A stretch of 64,000 nt of DNA from an uncultured Spirochaetota bacterium (GCA_963781885.1 CAWAHW010000002.1:32001-96000), one strand, 5' to 3'. Positions 1-10,406 are shown, counted from the stretch's first letter. Notes: generated by a model from the sequence alone, not told the origin. Numbers and translations are program-made.

Positions 1-1290
1 CTTTTCCACGGAAATCAGACCGACATTTCGCGATCCCAACTGCACGGGCGACGGGCTGGCAGCCGCATGGATGCGCCGGCGCCGAGCTCGCGCGGCTGGA
101 GGAGACATTCCCCGACCCGGGCGCGTTCTCCTACATCGCGTACGCGGTCGGAAATGCCCACAACACGTGGCACGGCTGCCCCATCGTGGACGCGAAGGGC
201 CGCGAAGTGCCGTGGGTGGACAGGGACGGAAAGGAAGTGCCCACCCTGGCCGACCGTTTCAGGCCTTCCGCCGGCCAGCGCTTCATGCTCGGGCACGGAT
301 TGCGCGTTCCCCCCACGTACGAAAACCACGTGAAGCAGCTCGCCCCTGACCTCCCGGAGCGCATCCGCAAGGGCGAGCTCACCCTGCCGCTCTATGCGGA
401 CCTCACGCGGATGCCTGAAAAGGAGCGGCGCGCCATTTTCGGGCTCATGGTCGGCAACGAGGGACGGACCCGCGTTCCTGTCTACGACACGCTGACCCGG
501 GCCGGCTTCAACCCGGACATCGACATGCTCCAGGTGCCGGTCATGCCGCCTTCCGCGTACGCCCATGCCAATTTCTGGGCGGGCCATGACGGGACCGCTG
601 TGGCGCCAGTGGGGATGCGGAGGAGTGGTCGTGGACTGGGACCTGCGGACCAGCCTCGAGGGCCTCTACGCGGCCGGCGGCGCCATCTACGGCGCGGGCG
701 CGCATTCCAGCGCTGCCAGCAGCGGCCGCTACGTCGGGAGAAAGGCGGCAGCCTATGCGCTGCGCGCCGCGGAGCCCCAGGTGGACGATCGAGAGGTGGA
801 GAGCGAGAAGGCGAGGGTCTATGCGCCGCTCGAACGCTCCGGAGCGGGCATCGGCTGGAAGGAGCTGAACGCGGGCATCGGCAGGGTCATGCAGGACTTC
901 TGCGGGGAGCTCAAGACGGAGGAGACGCTCCGCGAAGGGCTGCGCCTGCTGGCGGATATCCGCGAATCCGAGGCGTCCACGGTCCGCGCGGCCAATCCGC
1001 ATGAGCTGATGCGCGCCGTGGAATGTCTCTCCATCATCACCGTCGGCGAAGCGGTCATGCACGCGTCGCTGGCCCGCCGGGCGAGCAGCGACCTGCTGGA
1101 GTTCCATCGCGTGGACTTTCCCGCCGTGGACCCGCCGGAATGGCGGAAGCTGTGCACGGTGCGGATGAGCGCGGAAGGACCAGTGTCCGGCGAGCTTCCC
1201 CTGGACTACCACCTCAGGCCGCCCTTCGCATCGACCCACGAGGAGAACTACCGGCTTCACGCCGAGCAGCCCGGGGAGGCGCGGCCATGA
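1..1290 (+). CDS. FAD-dependent oxidoreductase, AprA/SdhA/FrdA flavoprotein family; 5'-partial, frameshifted near 72 and 583
   Basis: Joined frames read DPNCTGDGLAAAW-xAGAEL...PIVDAKG...GGVVVDWDLRTSLEGLYAAG...AASSGRYVGRKAA...ARRAS..HRVDFP, which are motifs of the succinate dehydrogenase/APS reductase flavoprotein superfamily. Two single-base indels split the frame. Confidence 0.8.
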
Positions 1291-1632
1291 ATCACGATGC
1301 CTGGATGGTGCCCAACCCGCCCACCCCGAATCGCGCCATCGATTTCGATCACCGAAATATGCAACGGCTGCAACCGGTGCGTCGAGATCTGCAGGTCGGA
1401 CGTCCTGATGCCCAACCCGCAAAGGAAGGCTCCCCCCATCGTGCTCTATACCGACGAATGCTGGTACTGCGGCACGTGCGTCCTGGAGTGCCCCCGGCCG
1501 GGGGCCATCACGCTGCGGCATCCGATGAACCAGAGCGTGTCGGTGGTCTGGAAGCGCACGACGACCGGGGAGAGCTTCCGATTGGGCATGAAGAATCCCC
1601 CGGCGCCGAATACCCGGCCGCCTTCCTCCTGA
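1288..1632 (+). CDS. 2x[4Fe-4S] ferredoxin, AprB-like; frameshift near 1350
   Basis: ATG overlaps the upstream stop. MNHDAWMVPNPPTPNRAIDFD continues after one indel into EICNGCNRCVEIC...DECWYCGTCVLECP, giving two CxxCxxCxxxC motifs. Confidence 0.8.
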
Positions 1633-1653
1633 GCCGCGGGAAGAGGCATTTCC

Positions 1654-1682
1654 TTGCCTTCCGCGGGGCTTCCCGGTATAGT
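1654..1682 (+). promoter_or_regulatory. sigma70-type promoter for aspS, leaderless architecture
   Basis: TTGCCT (1654-1659), 17 bp spacer, TATAGT (1677-1682), then 6 nt to the ATG at 1689 with no Shine-Dalgarno sequence. Confidence 0.6.
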
Positions 1683-1688
1683 CGGCCC

Positions 1689-3464
1689 ATGGAAAGCATG
1701 AAGAGGTCGGTCACCTGCGGCGCGCTGCGCGCCGCCGACGCGGGGAAAGCCGTCACGCTGAACGGCTGGATTCATCGACATCGCGATCACGGCGGGATCC
1801 GTTTCTTCGACCTGCGCGACCGCTACGGACTCACGCAGGTGGTGATCGACGCCGACGCCGCGCCGGAGCTCCGCGCGGTGAGCGACCAGCTGAAGTTCGA
1901 GTACTGCGTCGCGGTGGAAGGCGTCGTGCGCGCCCGGCCGGGCTCCATGGCCAACCCGCACATGCCCACGGGTGAGATCGAGGTGAAGGCGACGAAGCTC
2001 GCCATCCTCTCCCGGTGCGACGTGCTTCCCTTCATGATCGATGAGAAGGCGGATGCCCGCGAAGACACGCGGTTCACGTATCGTTACCTCGATCTGCGCA
2101 CGGCCGCCATGCAGCGCAACATCGCCCTCCGTCACCGCGCCGCGTTCGCCACGCGCGAGTACCTGACCGGCAAGGGCTTCTTTGAAATAGAGACCCCGAT
2201 GTTCATCAAGAGCACCCCGGAAGGCGCGCGCGACTACCTCGTGCCCTCGCGGCTGAACCCGGGGAAGTTCTACGCCCTTCCGCAGTCGCCGCAGCTCTAC
2301 AAGCAGATCCTCATGGTGTCGGGCTTCGACCGCTACTTCCAGATCGCCCGCTGCTTCCGCGACGAGGACGCGCGCGGCGATCGGCAGCCCGAGTTCACCC
2401 AGATCGACATCGAGCTGTCCTTCGTTTCGCGGGAGGACGTCTTCGAGCTCGTGGAAGGACTCATGACGCACATCTTCAAACAGTCCATCGACTGCGCCAT
2501 CACGGTGCCCTTCCTCCGTCTGCCCTACGACGAGGCCATCAATGTCTACGGCTCGGACAAGCCGGACCTTCGCTTCGGCCTGCAGATGAAGGATTTCGGG
2601 CAGATCGCGAAGAAGGGCGGCTTCGAGGTCTTCAAGAAGGTGGTGGAGGGCGGCGGCACGGTGAAGGCGCTCGTGGCGCCGGGCTGCGGGGACTATTCGC
2701 GCAAGCAGATCACGGACCTGGAGGCCGTCGCCAAGGTGTACGGCGCGGCGGGTCTTGCGTGGATGAAGGTCACGGAGACCTCCGCGCTGGACGGCGGCAT
2801 CTCGAAGTTCTTCACGGAGCAGGCCGCGGAGATCAGGGACCTGCTGGGCGCAAAGGCAGGAGACCTCATCCTCCTGGTCGGGGCCGACCATCGCAAGGCC
2901 TGCGTCTCCCTCGGTGCCGTGCGCACCCAGCTGGGCAAGGATCTTGCGCTCGCGGACCCGAAGGAGTTCAAGTTCTGCTGGATCGTGGACTTCCCCCTCT
3001 TCGAGTGGAACGAGGAGGAAAAGAAGTGGGACCCCGCGCACCACATGTTCACGATGCCGCAGGAGCGCTTCCTGGCGGATTTCGAGAAGAGGCCCGGCGA
3101 GGTCAAGGGCGACCTCTATGACCTGGTCTGCAACGGCGTGGAGCTCGCCTCGGGCTCCATCAGGATACACGATCCCGAGCTCCAGAAGCGGATCTTCCGT
3201 TTCCTCGGCATCTCCGATGAGCAGGCGCAGCAGCGCTTCGGCTTCCTCCTGGAGGCGTTCAAGTACGGGCCGCCGCCGCACGGGGGCATCGCGCCGGGCT
3301 TCGACCGCCTGGTGGCGATGATGGCGGGCGAGGCGACGATTCGCGACGTCATCGCCTTCCCGAAGAACACGCTCGGCCAGTGCCCGATGGACGACTCGCC
3401 GTCGCTCGTTGACGCCCGGCAGCTCGAGGACCTCCACATCCGGGTCGTGGAGAAGAAGGTGTGA
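1689..3464 (+). CDS. aspS: aspartate--tRNA ligase
   Basis: RDHGGIRFFDLRDRYG, KSTPEGARDYLVPSR, ALPQSPQLYKQILM, CFRDEDARGDRQPEFTQID and PPHGGIAPGFDR are all AspS motifs. Confidence 0.98.
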   Translation: MESMKRSVTCGALRAADAGKAVTLNGWIHRHRDHGGIRFFDLRDRYGLTQVVIDADAAPELRAVSDQLKFEYCVAVEGVVRARPGSMANPHMPTGEIEVKATKLAILSRCDVLPFMIDEKADAREDTRFTYRYLDLRTAAMQRNIALRHRAAFATREYLTGKGFFEIETPMFIKSTPEGARDYLVPSRLNPGKFYALPQSPQLYKQILMVSGFDRYFQIARCFRDEDARGDRQPEFTQIDIELSFVSREDVFELVEGLMTHIFKQSIDCAITVPFLRLPYDEAINVYGSDKPDLRFGLQMKDFGQIAKKGGFEVFKKVVEGGGTVKALVAPGCGDYSRKQITDLEAVAKVYGAAGLAWMKVTETSALDGGISKFFTEQAAEIRDLLGAKAGDLILLVGADHRKACVSLGAVRTQLGKDLALADPKEFKFCWIVDFPLFEWNEEEKKWDPAHHMFTMPQERFLADFEKRPGEVKGDLYDLVCNGVELASGSIRIHDPELQKRIFRFLGISDEQAQQRFGFLLEAFKYGPPPHGGIAPGFDRLVAMMAGEATIRDVIAFPKNTLGQCPMDDSPSLVDARQLEDLHIRVVEKKV

Positions 3465-5254
3465 ACGACCCCGGCCCCGGGATCCACGCGAGTCAGGTCG
3501 GCTACGTGTGCGCGGCGCAGAAGCGCATTGTCGTGCCCGCGTCGGTGGCCGCGACGGCGCCCGAGTTCCAGATCCAGGACCTCGGGAAGGTTGCCGTGCA
3601 GGGCCTCGGCGCTTCGGAGAGCTGGAAAATCGTATTCCGCGCGAAGCTCGTCCCGCACAACGGTCCGATGGGGAAGTACCTGGAAGGGGATTTCTCCGCG
3701 GTCACCGCGCCGGGTGTCTACCGGGCGGTGCTCCCCGGGCCGCCGGGCAGCACCGAGGTCGCCGCGTGGTCGTACCCCTTTGTCGTTGCGGATGGCGCCT
3801 ATTCGCGTCTTCCCTCCCTTTTCCTCGACTACGTGCACGGCCAGCGCTGCGGCGACTTCGAGAACGACCTGCGCGGTCCCTGCCATATGGACGACGGTAT
3901 GCGCTCGGATACCGGGGAGCCCGTGGACGCCGCGGGCGGCTGGCACGACGCGGGTGACCTCCGCAAGTGGATGGCCACGACGCCCCTTCCCATACTCGGC
4001 TTCTTCGACATGCGCCGCAAGCGGGGATGGACGCGCAACAACTGGGGCGAACGCCCCCACGAGGATGACGTGCTGGCGGAGGCGTCCTGGGGTCTGCGCT
4101 GGATGCTGAAGATGCAGGACCCGGCCACGGGCATGTTCTACGAGGACGTCGGCGGGGGAGGGGAAAGCCGGCGGCAGGAAGGCATGGTCTGGTGGCACGA
4201 GAATCACGCCGGCTGCTACGCCGACAACGCGGGCAACTCCTTCACCGACAACCGGCCCAAAAGCGGCGACGAGCGCAGCGTGCGGGTGCAGTACCAGCCC
4301 ATGGTCCAGTACGCGGCCGTCACGATCCTCATGGACGCGGCGGACCATTTCCACGCGCACTACCCGGCCTTTTCCCAGCTCTGCCGGCAGGCGGCGCTGC
4401 GCTGCTGGGACTTCATGAAAGGGCGCCGCCGCGACGATTTCCACCAGTGGACGTCCGTGATCGCCTGGAGGCTCCTCGCGGCCCTGCGCCTCCACGCGAG
4501 CGGGATCGCGCCGGAGTACGAAGTCTCTGCACTCGTCTCGGTGCTCATCGACCTGCAGGCGCGCGACCACGGCTTCTGGCACATGGATTCCGCGCGGCGC
4601 GAGCCTTACCGCGGCATCGTGAACGCGGCGCAGCCGGTCATCGCGCTGGCATCCTTCATCGAGGCCGACTACGAGCACCCCCTTGCGGGCGCCGCGCGGG
4701 AAACGCTGGAGCGCTGTCGGGACCTCTACGTGGCGCCCATGCTTTCGACAAACCCCTTCGGCATCATGCCCTACGGCGTCTACACGGCGCCGCGCACACC
4801 GGGTGATGTGTACCATGAATGGACCGACGGGCTGGTTTACCGCTTCTTCATGCCGGATCATGCCCCCGAGCGTGTGAATCACGGTCTTTCCTCGCACTGG
4901 ACGAGCTGGGCGCACGGTCTTGCCCTCATGGGCGATGTCCTGGACGATGCTCGGTGCCGCAACGCAGCCTGGGATCAGCTTTCGTGGCTCACGGGCGCCA
5001 ACCCCCTGAACGCAAGCATGATCACGGGCGTGGGGTGCCGCAGCGCCGCGCCGTATTCCGGGTACTATGGAGCGCTATCGGGCGGATTCTGCAACGGACC
5101 GCGGGGAACCGCGGAGGACATGCCTTTCGTGGACACGGCAGGACGCCTGGAATGGAGCTCGGGAGAGTACTGGATGGCGCCGCTGGCAAACGCGCTGATG
5201 GCCCTTTCGGTCCTTCTCCCTTCACGGGTGCCTGCGTCGGGCAAGATAGGGTAG
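3461..5254 (+). CDS. glycoside hydrolase family 9 protein
   Basis: LDYVHGQRCG, CHMDDG and DAAGGWHDAGD (GH9 catalytic Asp motif), with GANPLNASMITGVG near the C-terminus. GTG overlaps the aspS stop. Confidence 0.8.
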   Translation: MNDPGPGIHASQVGYVCAAQKRIVVPASVAATAPEFQIQDLGKVAVQGLGASESWKIVFRAKLVPHNGPMGKYLEGDFSAVTAPGVYRAVLPGPPGSTEVAAWSYPFVVADGAYSRLPSLFLDYVHGQRCGDFENDLRGPCHMDDGMRSDTGEPVDAAGGWHDAGDLRKWMATTPLPILGFFDMRRKRGWTRNNWGERPHEDDVLAEASWGLRWMLKMQDPATGMFYEDVGGGGESRRQEGMVWWHENHAGCYADNAGNSFTDNRPKSGDERSVRVQYQPMVQYAAVTILMDAADHFHAHYPAFSQLCRQAALRCWDFMKGRRRDDFHQWTSVIAWRLLAALRLHASGIAPEYEVSALVSVLIDLQARDHGFWHMDSARREPYRGIVNAAQPVIALASFIEADYEHPLAGAARETLERCRDLYVAPMLSTNPFGIMPYGVYTAPRTPGDVYHEWTDGLVYRFFMPDHAPERVNHGLSSHWTSWAHGLALMGDVLDDARCRNAAWDQLSWLTGANPLNASMITGVGCRSAAPYSGYYGALSGGFCNGPRGTAEDMPFVDTAGRLEWSSGEYWMAPLANALMALSVLLPSRVPASGKIG

Positions 5255-5287
5255 GCCGGGTGCGGCTGCCACCGGAGGTTGCCGGCT

Positions 5288-6019
5288 CTACTCGTCCCGC
5301 TTCCTCAGGGTCTCAACGACGACCTGGGCGATGATCTCGATCAAGGCAGGGTCCACGTCTCCCAGCAAAGGCTTCCTCCCCCATCCCTGCGCCTCGCGCA
5401 CCTTCTGCAGCGCGGACACCTCCGTGGCGGAGAGCGGCTTCGGCTCGCCGAGTATCCGTGTCACCAAGCGCACGCGCGCGTACATCTCAAGGACTTCCAT
5501 GCGGTAGTAGGCCTGCATCACGTCGGCACCGACGGTCAGTGCCCCATGGTTTGAAAGCAGAAGCGCGTCGCAGTCCGGTATCTCCTTGACCACGGCGTCG
5601 GGGATCTCTTGCGTGCTGGGCGTGCCATATTCGGCAAAACCGATCTTCGAAAGGCCGAATATCACCTCGGGAAGAAGCACGTCCTGGTCGAGCCTTATCC
5701 GGCAGGCGGCGAAGCCTGTCGCGGCGGGCGGGTGCGCGTGCACGATTGCCTGGACGTCGGGCCGCGCCCGATAGACCGCCAGGTGCATCTTCGTCTCGGA
5801 GCTTGGCTTCAGGCTTCCCGCAAGGACCCTGCCCTGGAGGTCGATCTTGATGATGCTCTCTTCCGTGACGTCGCCCTTGTTGACGCTCGTCGGCGTCACC
5901 AGGAGCTCCGTGTCGGACAGTCGCGCGCTCAGGTTTCCGTCATTCGACGCGACAAAGAACCTGTCGCGCAGCCTCCTGCCCGCCTCGACGATCTGTCGTC
6001 GTGCTTCCGCCTCTTGCAT
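5288..6019 (-). CDS. class II aldolase/adducin family protein (fuculose-phosphate aldolase-like)
   Basis: DGNLSAR, PSSETKMHLAVY, VHAHP and LLSNHGALT supply the metal-binding His residues. Confidence 0.92.
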   Translation of the reverse strand: MQEAEARRQIVEAGRRLRDRFFVASNDGNLSARLSDTELLVTPTSVNKGDVTEESIIKIDLQGRVLAGSLKPSSETKMHLAVYRARPDVQAIVHAHPPAATGFAACRIRLDQDVLLPEVIFGLSKIGFAEYGTPSTQEIPDAVVKEIPDCDALLLSNHGALTVGADVMQAYYRMEVLEMYARVRLVTRILGEPKPLSATEVSALQKVREAQGWGRKPLLGDVDPALIEIIAQVVVETLRKRDE

Positions 6020-6119
6020 ACAGTCATTTTATCGGTTTGTTGCCGGCGCGTCGATTGAGATAAAAATGCCCGCGAACCCCGCGCAGTCGCCCTTTGCGGC
6101 GCAACTGCCTCCCAGTAAC

Positions 6120-6280
6120 GGTATTCAGCGGGCTTGTAAATTATCTCTCAGTAACTCGCCATACTTGCAAAAAAAATAACAGTTGTCAATCCATATTATG
6201 TCGATAAATACCATAATTATGAGAAAAATTTGCAATTGCACGGGATATCTGTATAGTAATTAACATTTGAGATCGCAGGC
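6120..6280. promoter_or_regulatory. AT-rich divergent intergenic control region with putative DeoR promoter
   Basis: The stretch is sharply AT-rich in GC-rich DNA. TTGCAA (6230-6235), 16 bp, TATAGT (6252-6257). The palindrome TGCAATTGCA (6231-6240) overlaps the -35. Confidence 0.5.
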
Positions 6281-6286
6281 CCCATA

Positions 6287-7069
6287 ATGCCAACACGAAA
6301 GCGACAGGATAGGCTCAGCATCATCCTGAAAGCCGTGCGGGAGACACGCGGGGCTTCCATTCGGGAGCTGGCGGAGTCGCTCGGCGTCTCGGAGATGACC
6401 GTTCGCCGCGACCTGGAGCTCCTTGCGGCCGAATCCCGTGTCCGTTTTGTGCACGCGGGCGCCATTCCCCTGGAAAACCAGTCCGAGGGTGCTGTCGGCG
6501 ACTATTCGCTTTCCGGGACCAGGACCGCCGGCGCGGAAGAAAAGATGCGGATCGGGCAGAAGGCAGCCTCGCTCGTGGAGTCCGGCGACGTGGTGATCAT
6601 CGATTCCGGATCGACCACGGAATGGCTCGCGCGAAGCCTCTCTCCCGATCTCTCCGTGACGATACTCTGCTTCTCCCTGAACGTCCTGCTGGAGGCAGGC
6701 CGGAGCCCCCTGCGAACCATTCTCTGCGCCGGCGGCGCGCTCAACCCCGACACCCTGGTCTTCCAGGGTCCCGAAGGGCTCGACCTCGTGCGCCGCTACC
6801 GTGCCGGCAAGGCGTTCTTTTCTGCCGGGGGCGTGAGCGACCGGCTGGGGGTCACCTGCGCCGATCCCGTGGAAGCCGAGCTGAAGAAGGCGGCAATCGC
6901 CTCTTCCCAGACGAGGATACTTCTTGTCGATTCGCGCAAGTTCGCCACGGTGAAACCCGCGTGGTTTGCGGAGCTTTCCGATTTCGATGCCATCATCACC
7001 GATGCCGGTATCTCGCTGGATTTCGTCGACCTCATCCGCGACCGCGGCATCGCTCTCCACGTCGTTTAG
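6287..7069 (+). CDS. DeoR/GlpR family transcriptional regulator
   Basis: HTH ELAESLGVSEMTVRRDL, IIDSGSTT and LLVDSRKF. Confidence 0.95.
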   Translation: MPTRKRQDRLSIILKAVRETRGASIRELAESLGVSEMTVRRDLELLAAESRVRFVHAGAIPLENQSEGAVGDYSLSGTRTAGAEEKMRIGQKAASLVESGDVVIIDSGSTTEWLARSLSPDLSVTILCFSLNVLLEAGRSPLRTILCAGGALNPDTLVFQGPEGLDLVRRYRAGKAFFSAGGVSDRLGVTCADPVEAELKKAAIASSQTRILLVDSRKFATVKPAWFAELSDFDAIITDAGISLDFVDLIRDRGIALHVV

Positions 7070-8064
7070 GTGCGGCCCTCGCCGGCGATGGTGCGCGCCT
7101 GGTCCAGGAGATCCTCCGTCTCCTTGATCCAGAATGCCTCGCTTCCCCAATCGGGAAAGCTTCCCCGAAACCAGGCATCGTTTCTCTGCCGGGCGCGCCA
7201 GGCGAGGAAGTAGATCATGCGCATGAATCGCAGGGGCTCGACGAGGCGCAGCGTGGAGATGTCAAACGGGGCGAATTGCTCGTAGCCTTCCAACAGCAGG
7301 TTGAGCTCGCGTCTGCTCTCGGCGGCGTGCCCGGGGAGCACGAGCCACAGGTCCTGCACCGGCGGGCCCATCATCATGTCGTCGAAATCGATCAGCGCGA
7401 GCCCCGTGCCCGGCCGATCGATGATGTTCGCGCGATGGCAGTCGCCGTGTATCCTCTGGAAGCGCACGCCCTCGAAAAGCGGGGCGATGACCTGAAGCGT
7501 GCTCTCACAGGTCTCCTGCCACTTGTCGACGTGGTCGGGATGGACCAGCCCCTCGGAAAGGAGCTCCTCGACGAACGATGCCGTCAGGAGCGCCGGGCTG
7601 CAGACCACGCGCGCAGGGGCATCGCGACGGGCGCCAGCCGCGTGGCAGCGTCCCAGCAGCGCGCCGAGACGCAGGAAGTCATCGTCGGTTTCAGGCTCGA
7701 ACGTGCGGCCGCCGATTCGCGGGAACACCGCGAAGAGAAACTCCCCGCCGCCGTCATCCGCGGGCGCGCCCACCGCGTGGAGAGTCTGGCCGTCGCGGTC
7801 GCGCAACGGCGCGATCACGGGGATCTCGGAGTCCGCGCAGTCCAGGAGAAAGGCGTGCTCGTCGCGTATTGCCTCGGGCGTCCATCGGCCGGGCCGATAG
7901 AATTTTGCCACCAGCCGTTCCCCGTCTTCCGCGCGCATTCCGTAGACCCGGTTGACGTAGCTGTGGTAGGACTCCAGCGTCCCGTCCAATGCGCGGCCGG
8001 TTGCGCTTTCCACTGCGCGGATCGCGATCTCGGGTGAGAGCTGGTCGAATGATCCTGTCTGCAT
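7066..8064 (-). CDS. srkA: stress response Ser/Thr kinase, SrkA/RdoA (APH-like) family
   Basis: SYVNRVY, KFYRPGRW, RIHGDCHRAN, IDFDD, GPPVQDLW and FPDWGSEAFW. Confidence 0.88.
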   Translation of the reverse strand: MQTGSFDQLSPEIAIRAVESATGRALDGTLESYHSYVNRVYGMRAEDGERLVAKFYRPGRWTPEAIRDEHAFLLDCADSEIPVIAPLRDRDGQTLHAVGAPADDGGGEFLFAVFPRIGGRTFEPETDDDFLRLGALLGRCHAAGARRDAPARVVCSPALLTASFVEELLSEGLVHPDHVDKWQETCESTLQVIAPLFEGVRFQRIHGDCHRANIIDRPGTGLALIDFDDMMMGPPVQDLWLVLPGHAAESRRELNLLLEGYEQFAPFDISTLRLVEPLRFMRMIYFLAWRARQRNDAWFRGSFPDWGSEAFWIKETEDLLDQARTIAGEGRT

Positions 8065-8169
8065 TCTTTGCGCCGTGCATCTTATAGCACGGGAGGCCGC
8101 CCCGGAGAAGCGGACGGTCTCCGGCGCCCATTGAAACGCGTTCGCTGTTGCTGGCATGATCCGGCCACC

Positions 8170-9036
8170 ATGAAATACGCCCGCCCCGTGACCGATCTCA
8201 TCAAGGAGCGCTTTTCCTGCCGCACGTACTCTGCCGCGCCGATCGACCCGGCCTGCAAGATACGGCTGGTGGAGGCTGCCGCCGGCATGAACGCCGGCCC
8301 GCTCGGCGATCCCCTGCGCTTCCTGCTCGTCGCTGCCGCGGCGGACGACGCGTCCGAGCTGCGAGGCCTGGGAACATACGGTTTCATCCACGGCGCTTCG
8401 GGTTTCCTGATCGGGGCAGCCCCCACGCAGGGGCCAAGCCTGGAAAGCTTCGGCTACGCGATGGAAGAGCTCGTGTTGCTGGCAACGGACCTCGGCCTGG
8501 GCACCTGCTGGTTGGGCGGCACGTTCCGCCGCAGCTCGTTCTCGCGACGCATCGCACGACGACGCGGCGAGTGCATCCCGGCGGTCATTGCCCTTGGCGT
8601 GATTTCCGACCTCGCCGCGGCGCGCGGCGGGGCTTTGCGGACGAGGGTTGGCGGCAGCAGGCGCCTGGCATGGGACAAGCTCTTCTTCGACGGCAGCTTC
8701 GGCGCGCCGCTCACCCCGGAGGCTGCCGGGGCACTTGCGGAGCCCCTGGAGATGCTGCGGCTCGGGCCTTCAGCCTCGAATCGGCAGCCGTGGAGGGTCG
8801 TCCGGCAGGGGAGCGCACTTCACTTTTTCCTCCAGCGCGCCCGGGGGTACAGGGGCGGCTTCCTCTGGCGGCTTCTCCGGGTCGTCGATATCCAGCGCGT
8901 CGACATCGGCATCGCCATGTGCCACTTCGAGCTGGCCGCCCGGGAGCAGGGACTGAAGGGCTCCTGGGTTGCGCGCGACACGGGCATTGCCCGACCCGAC
9001 TCCCTCACGGAATACGCGATCAGCTGGCAGCCCTGA
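8170..9036 (+). CDS. nitroreductase family protein
   Basis: ERFSCRTY, GLGTCWLGG, RLGPSASNRQPWR and DIGIAMCHFEL, a tandem nitroreductase-domain type. Confidence 0.9.
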   Translation: MKYARPVTDLIKERFSCRTYSAAPIDPACKIRLVEAAAGMNAGPLGDPLRFLLVAAAADDASELRGLGTYGFIHGASGFLIGAAPTQGPSLESFGYAMEELVLLATDLGLGTCWLGGTFRRSSFSRRIARRRGECIPAVIALGVISDLAAARGGALRTRVGGSRRLAWDKLFFDGSFGAPLTPEAAGALAEPLEMLRLGPSASNRQPWRVVRQGSALHFFLQRARGYRGGFLWRLLRVVDIQRVDIGIAMCHFELAAREQGLKGSWVARDTGIARPDSLTEYAISWQP

Positions 9037-9058
9037 CGGGGGGCCGGCAGCGGAAGGC

Positions 9059-10406
9059 TTATGCGCCGTTCCTGTGCATCTTGTGGATCTGGTAGCTCGC
9101 CTTCAGGCCCTTCAGGCTGGTGACGAACGGGTCGTCGACCCAACCCTTTGACGCGAGATACGTCTTCGCGTCGCCCTCGGTGAACAGGGCGTGGGAGGCC
9201 ATGATGTCCCGGCCGTCCGAAAGACCCTGCACGCGCGCGGCGATGTTCACCGTGGTGCCGAAATAGTCGATGCGGTCATTGAGCGTCACCGCGATGCAGG
9301 GGCCGTGGTGGACGCCCACCTTGATGACGATCGAGTTCTTGAGCTTCTTTGCCGTATCCAGGTCGTCGAAGGCATCGATCATCTCCACCGCGGAATGCAC
9401 CGCATCCCGGGGGTCCACGAACACGGCCATCACCGCGTCACCGATGGTTTTCACGATGCCGCCATTATTCTGCTTGACGATCCTCTCCATGATGTAGAAA
9501 TGCTCCTTCACCAGGGCGAATGCCTGCGTATCGCCCAGGCGCTCGTAGAGCTCCGTGGAGCCCTTGATGTCGGTGAAGAGGAAGCCGAGATTCTCGATGG
9601 AGAATGTCTCATTGAGGGAGAGCATTTCCGATGAGAAGAGGTCGCGGAACTCCTGGAGGCTGGAGACGACTGCCGCGGTGGGCCACCGCGGCGGGCTGAT
9701 GCGAAAGAAGTGCATTTCCCGCGCCTCCGCGATCTTGTTCGTGATCACCAGCTCCGCTTTCCCCGGCCGGGCCTTCACCACGACCAGCGGGGGCTGCCCG
9801 GACACGTACCCCATGGCGAGCTTCTGCACGGAGGGCGATTTCTCCCCCATCACCGCAATATTGAAGACCTTTTCGTCTTCATCAATGGTGACGAAGTAGT
9901 TGCCCGGCTTGAGCTCTGTGGAGAGGAAATGGCTTTTCCCTGGATCGAGCTCGAATGGTGACGCCCGGCTCCGTTTCGAATCCGGCCATGACCTGTCCGA
10001 AGAAGCCGACCTCCGCCGGTTTTATCACCGCGGGGTTGGGCGCGAAGCTCACCTCCAGATTCGTGTCGAATCCCGCGTCAAAGGGGATTGAGCAAAAATC
10101 GCAGTGGTCGGCGTGCCGCAGGCTCTGCAGCGAATCCGAGCGCTGGGTCGCTCCCTTGCAGGAGGGGCAGTGTATGGTCCAGGAGAGGTTGAGGAGGCCG
10201 CCTTTGGTGAGGTGGAGCATCGCCTTCAGCGCGGCCATGCGGTTGATGCCGCGTTCTGCGGCGATCCGCCAGGGGTTGATGTTGTACAGGCGTGCATCTT
10301 CTGCCGTCAGAAGGAAATCGCGGACGACATCCACGACGGCGGCCGGTGCGAGCGTGCGCGTCTTTGAGATCTTCTCGTCGAATGACTTCTGGTTCAGGAT
10401 CTGCAT
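9059..10406 (-). CDS. class III adenylate/guanylate cyclase with N-terminal DUF5939-like Cys-rich domain; frameshift near 9953
   Basis: FLFTDIKGSTELYERLGD, VKTIGDAVMA and DYFGTTVNIAARVQ. The N-terminal part has WTIHCPSC...HCDFC. One extra base separates the two ORFs. Confidence 0.85.

Noticed and set aside
1023-1688. N-terminal extension of AspS in the 813-aa ORF call
   Set aside because: The frame is open only because of the ferredoxin frameshift. AspS homology and a promoter place the start at 1689.
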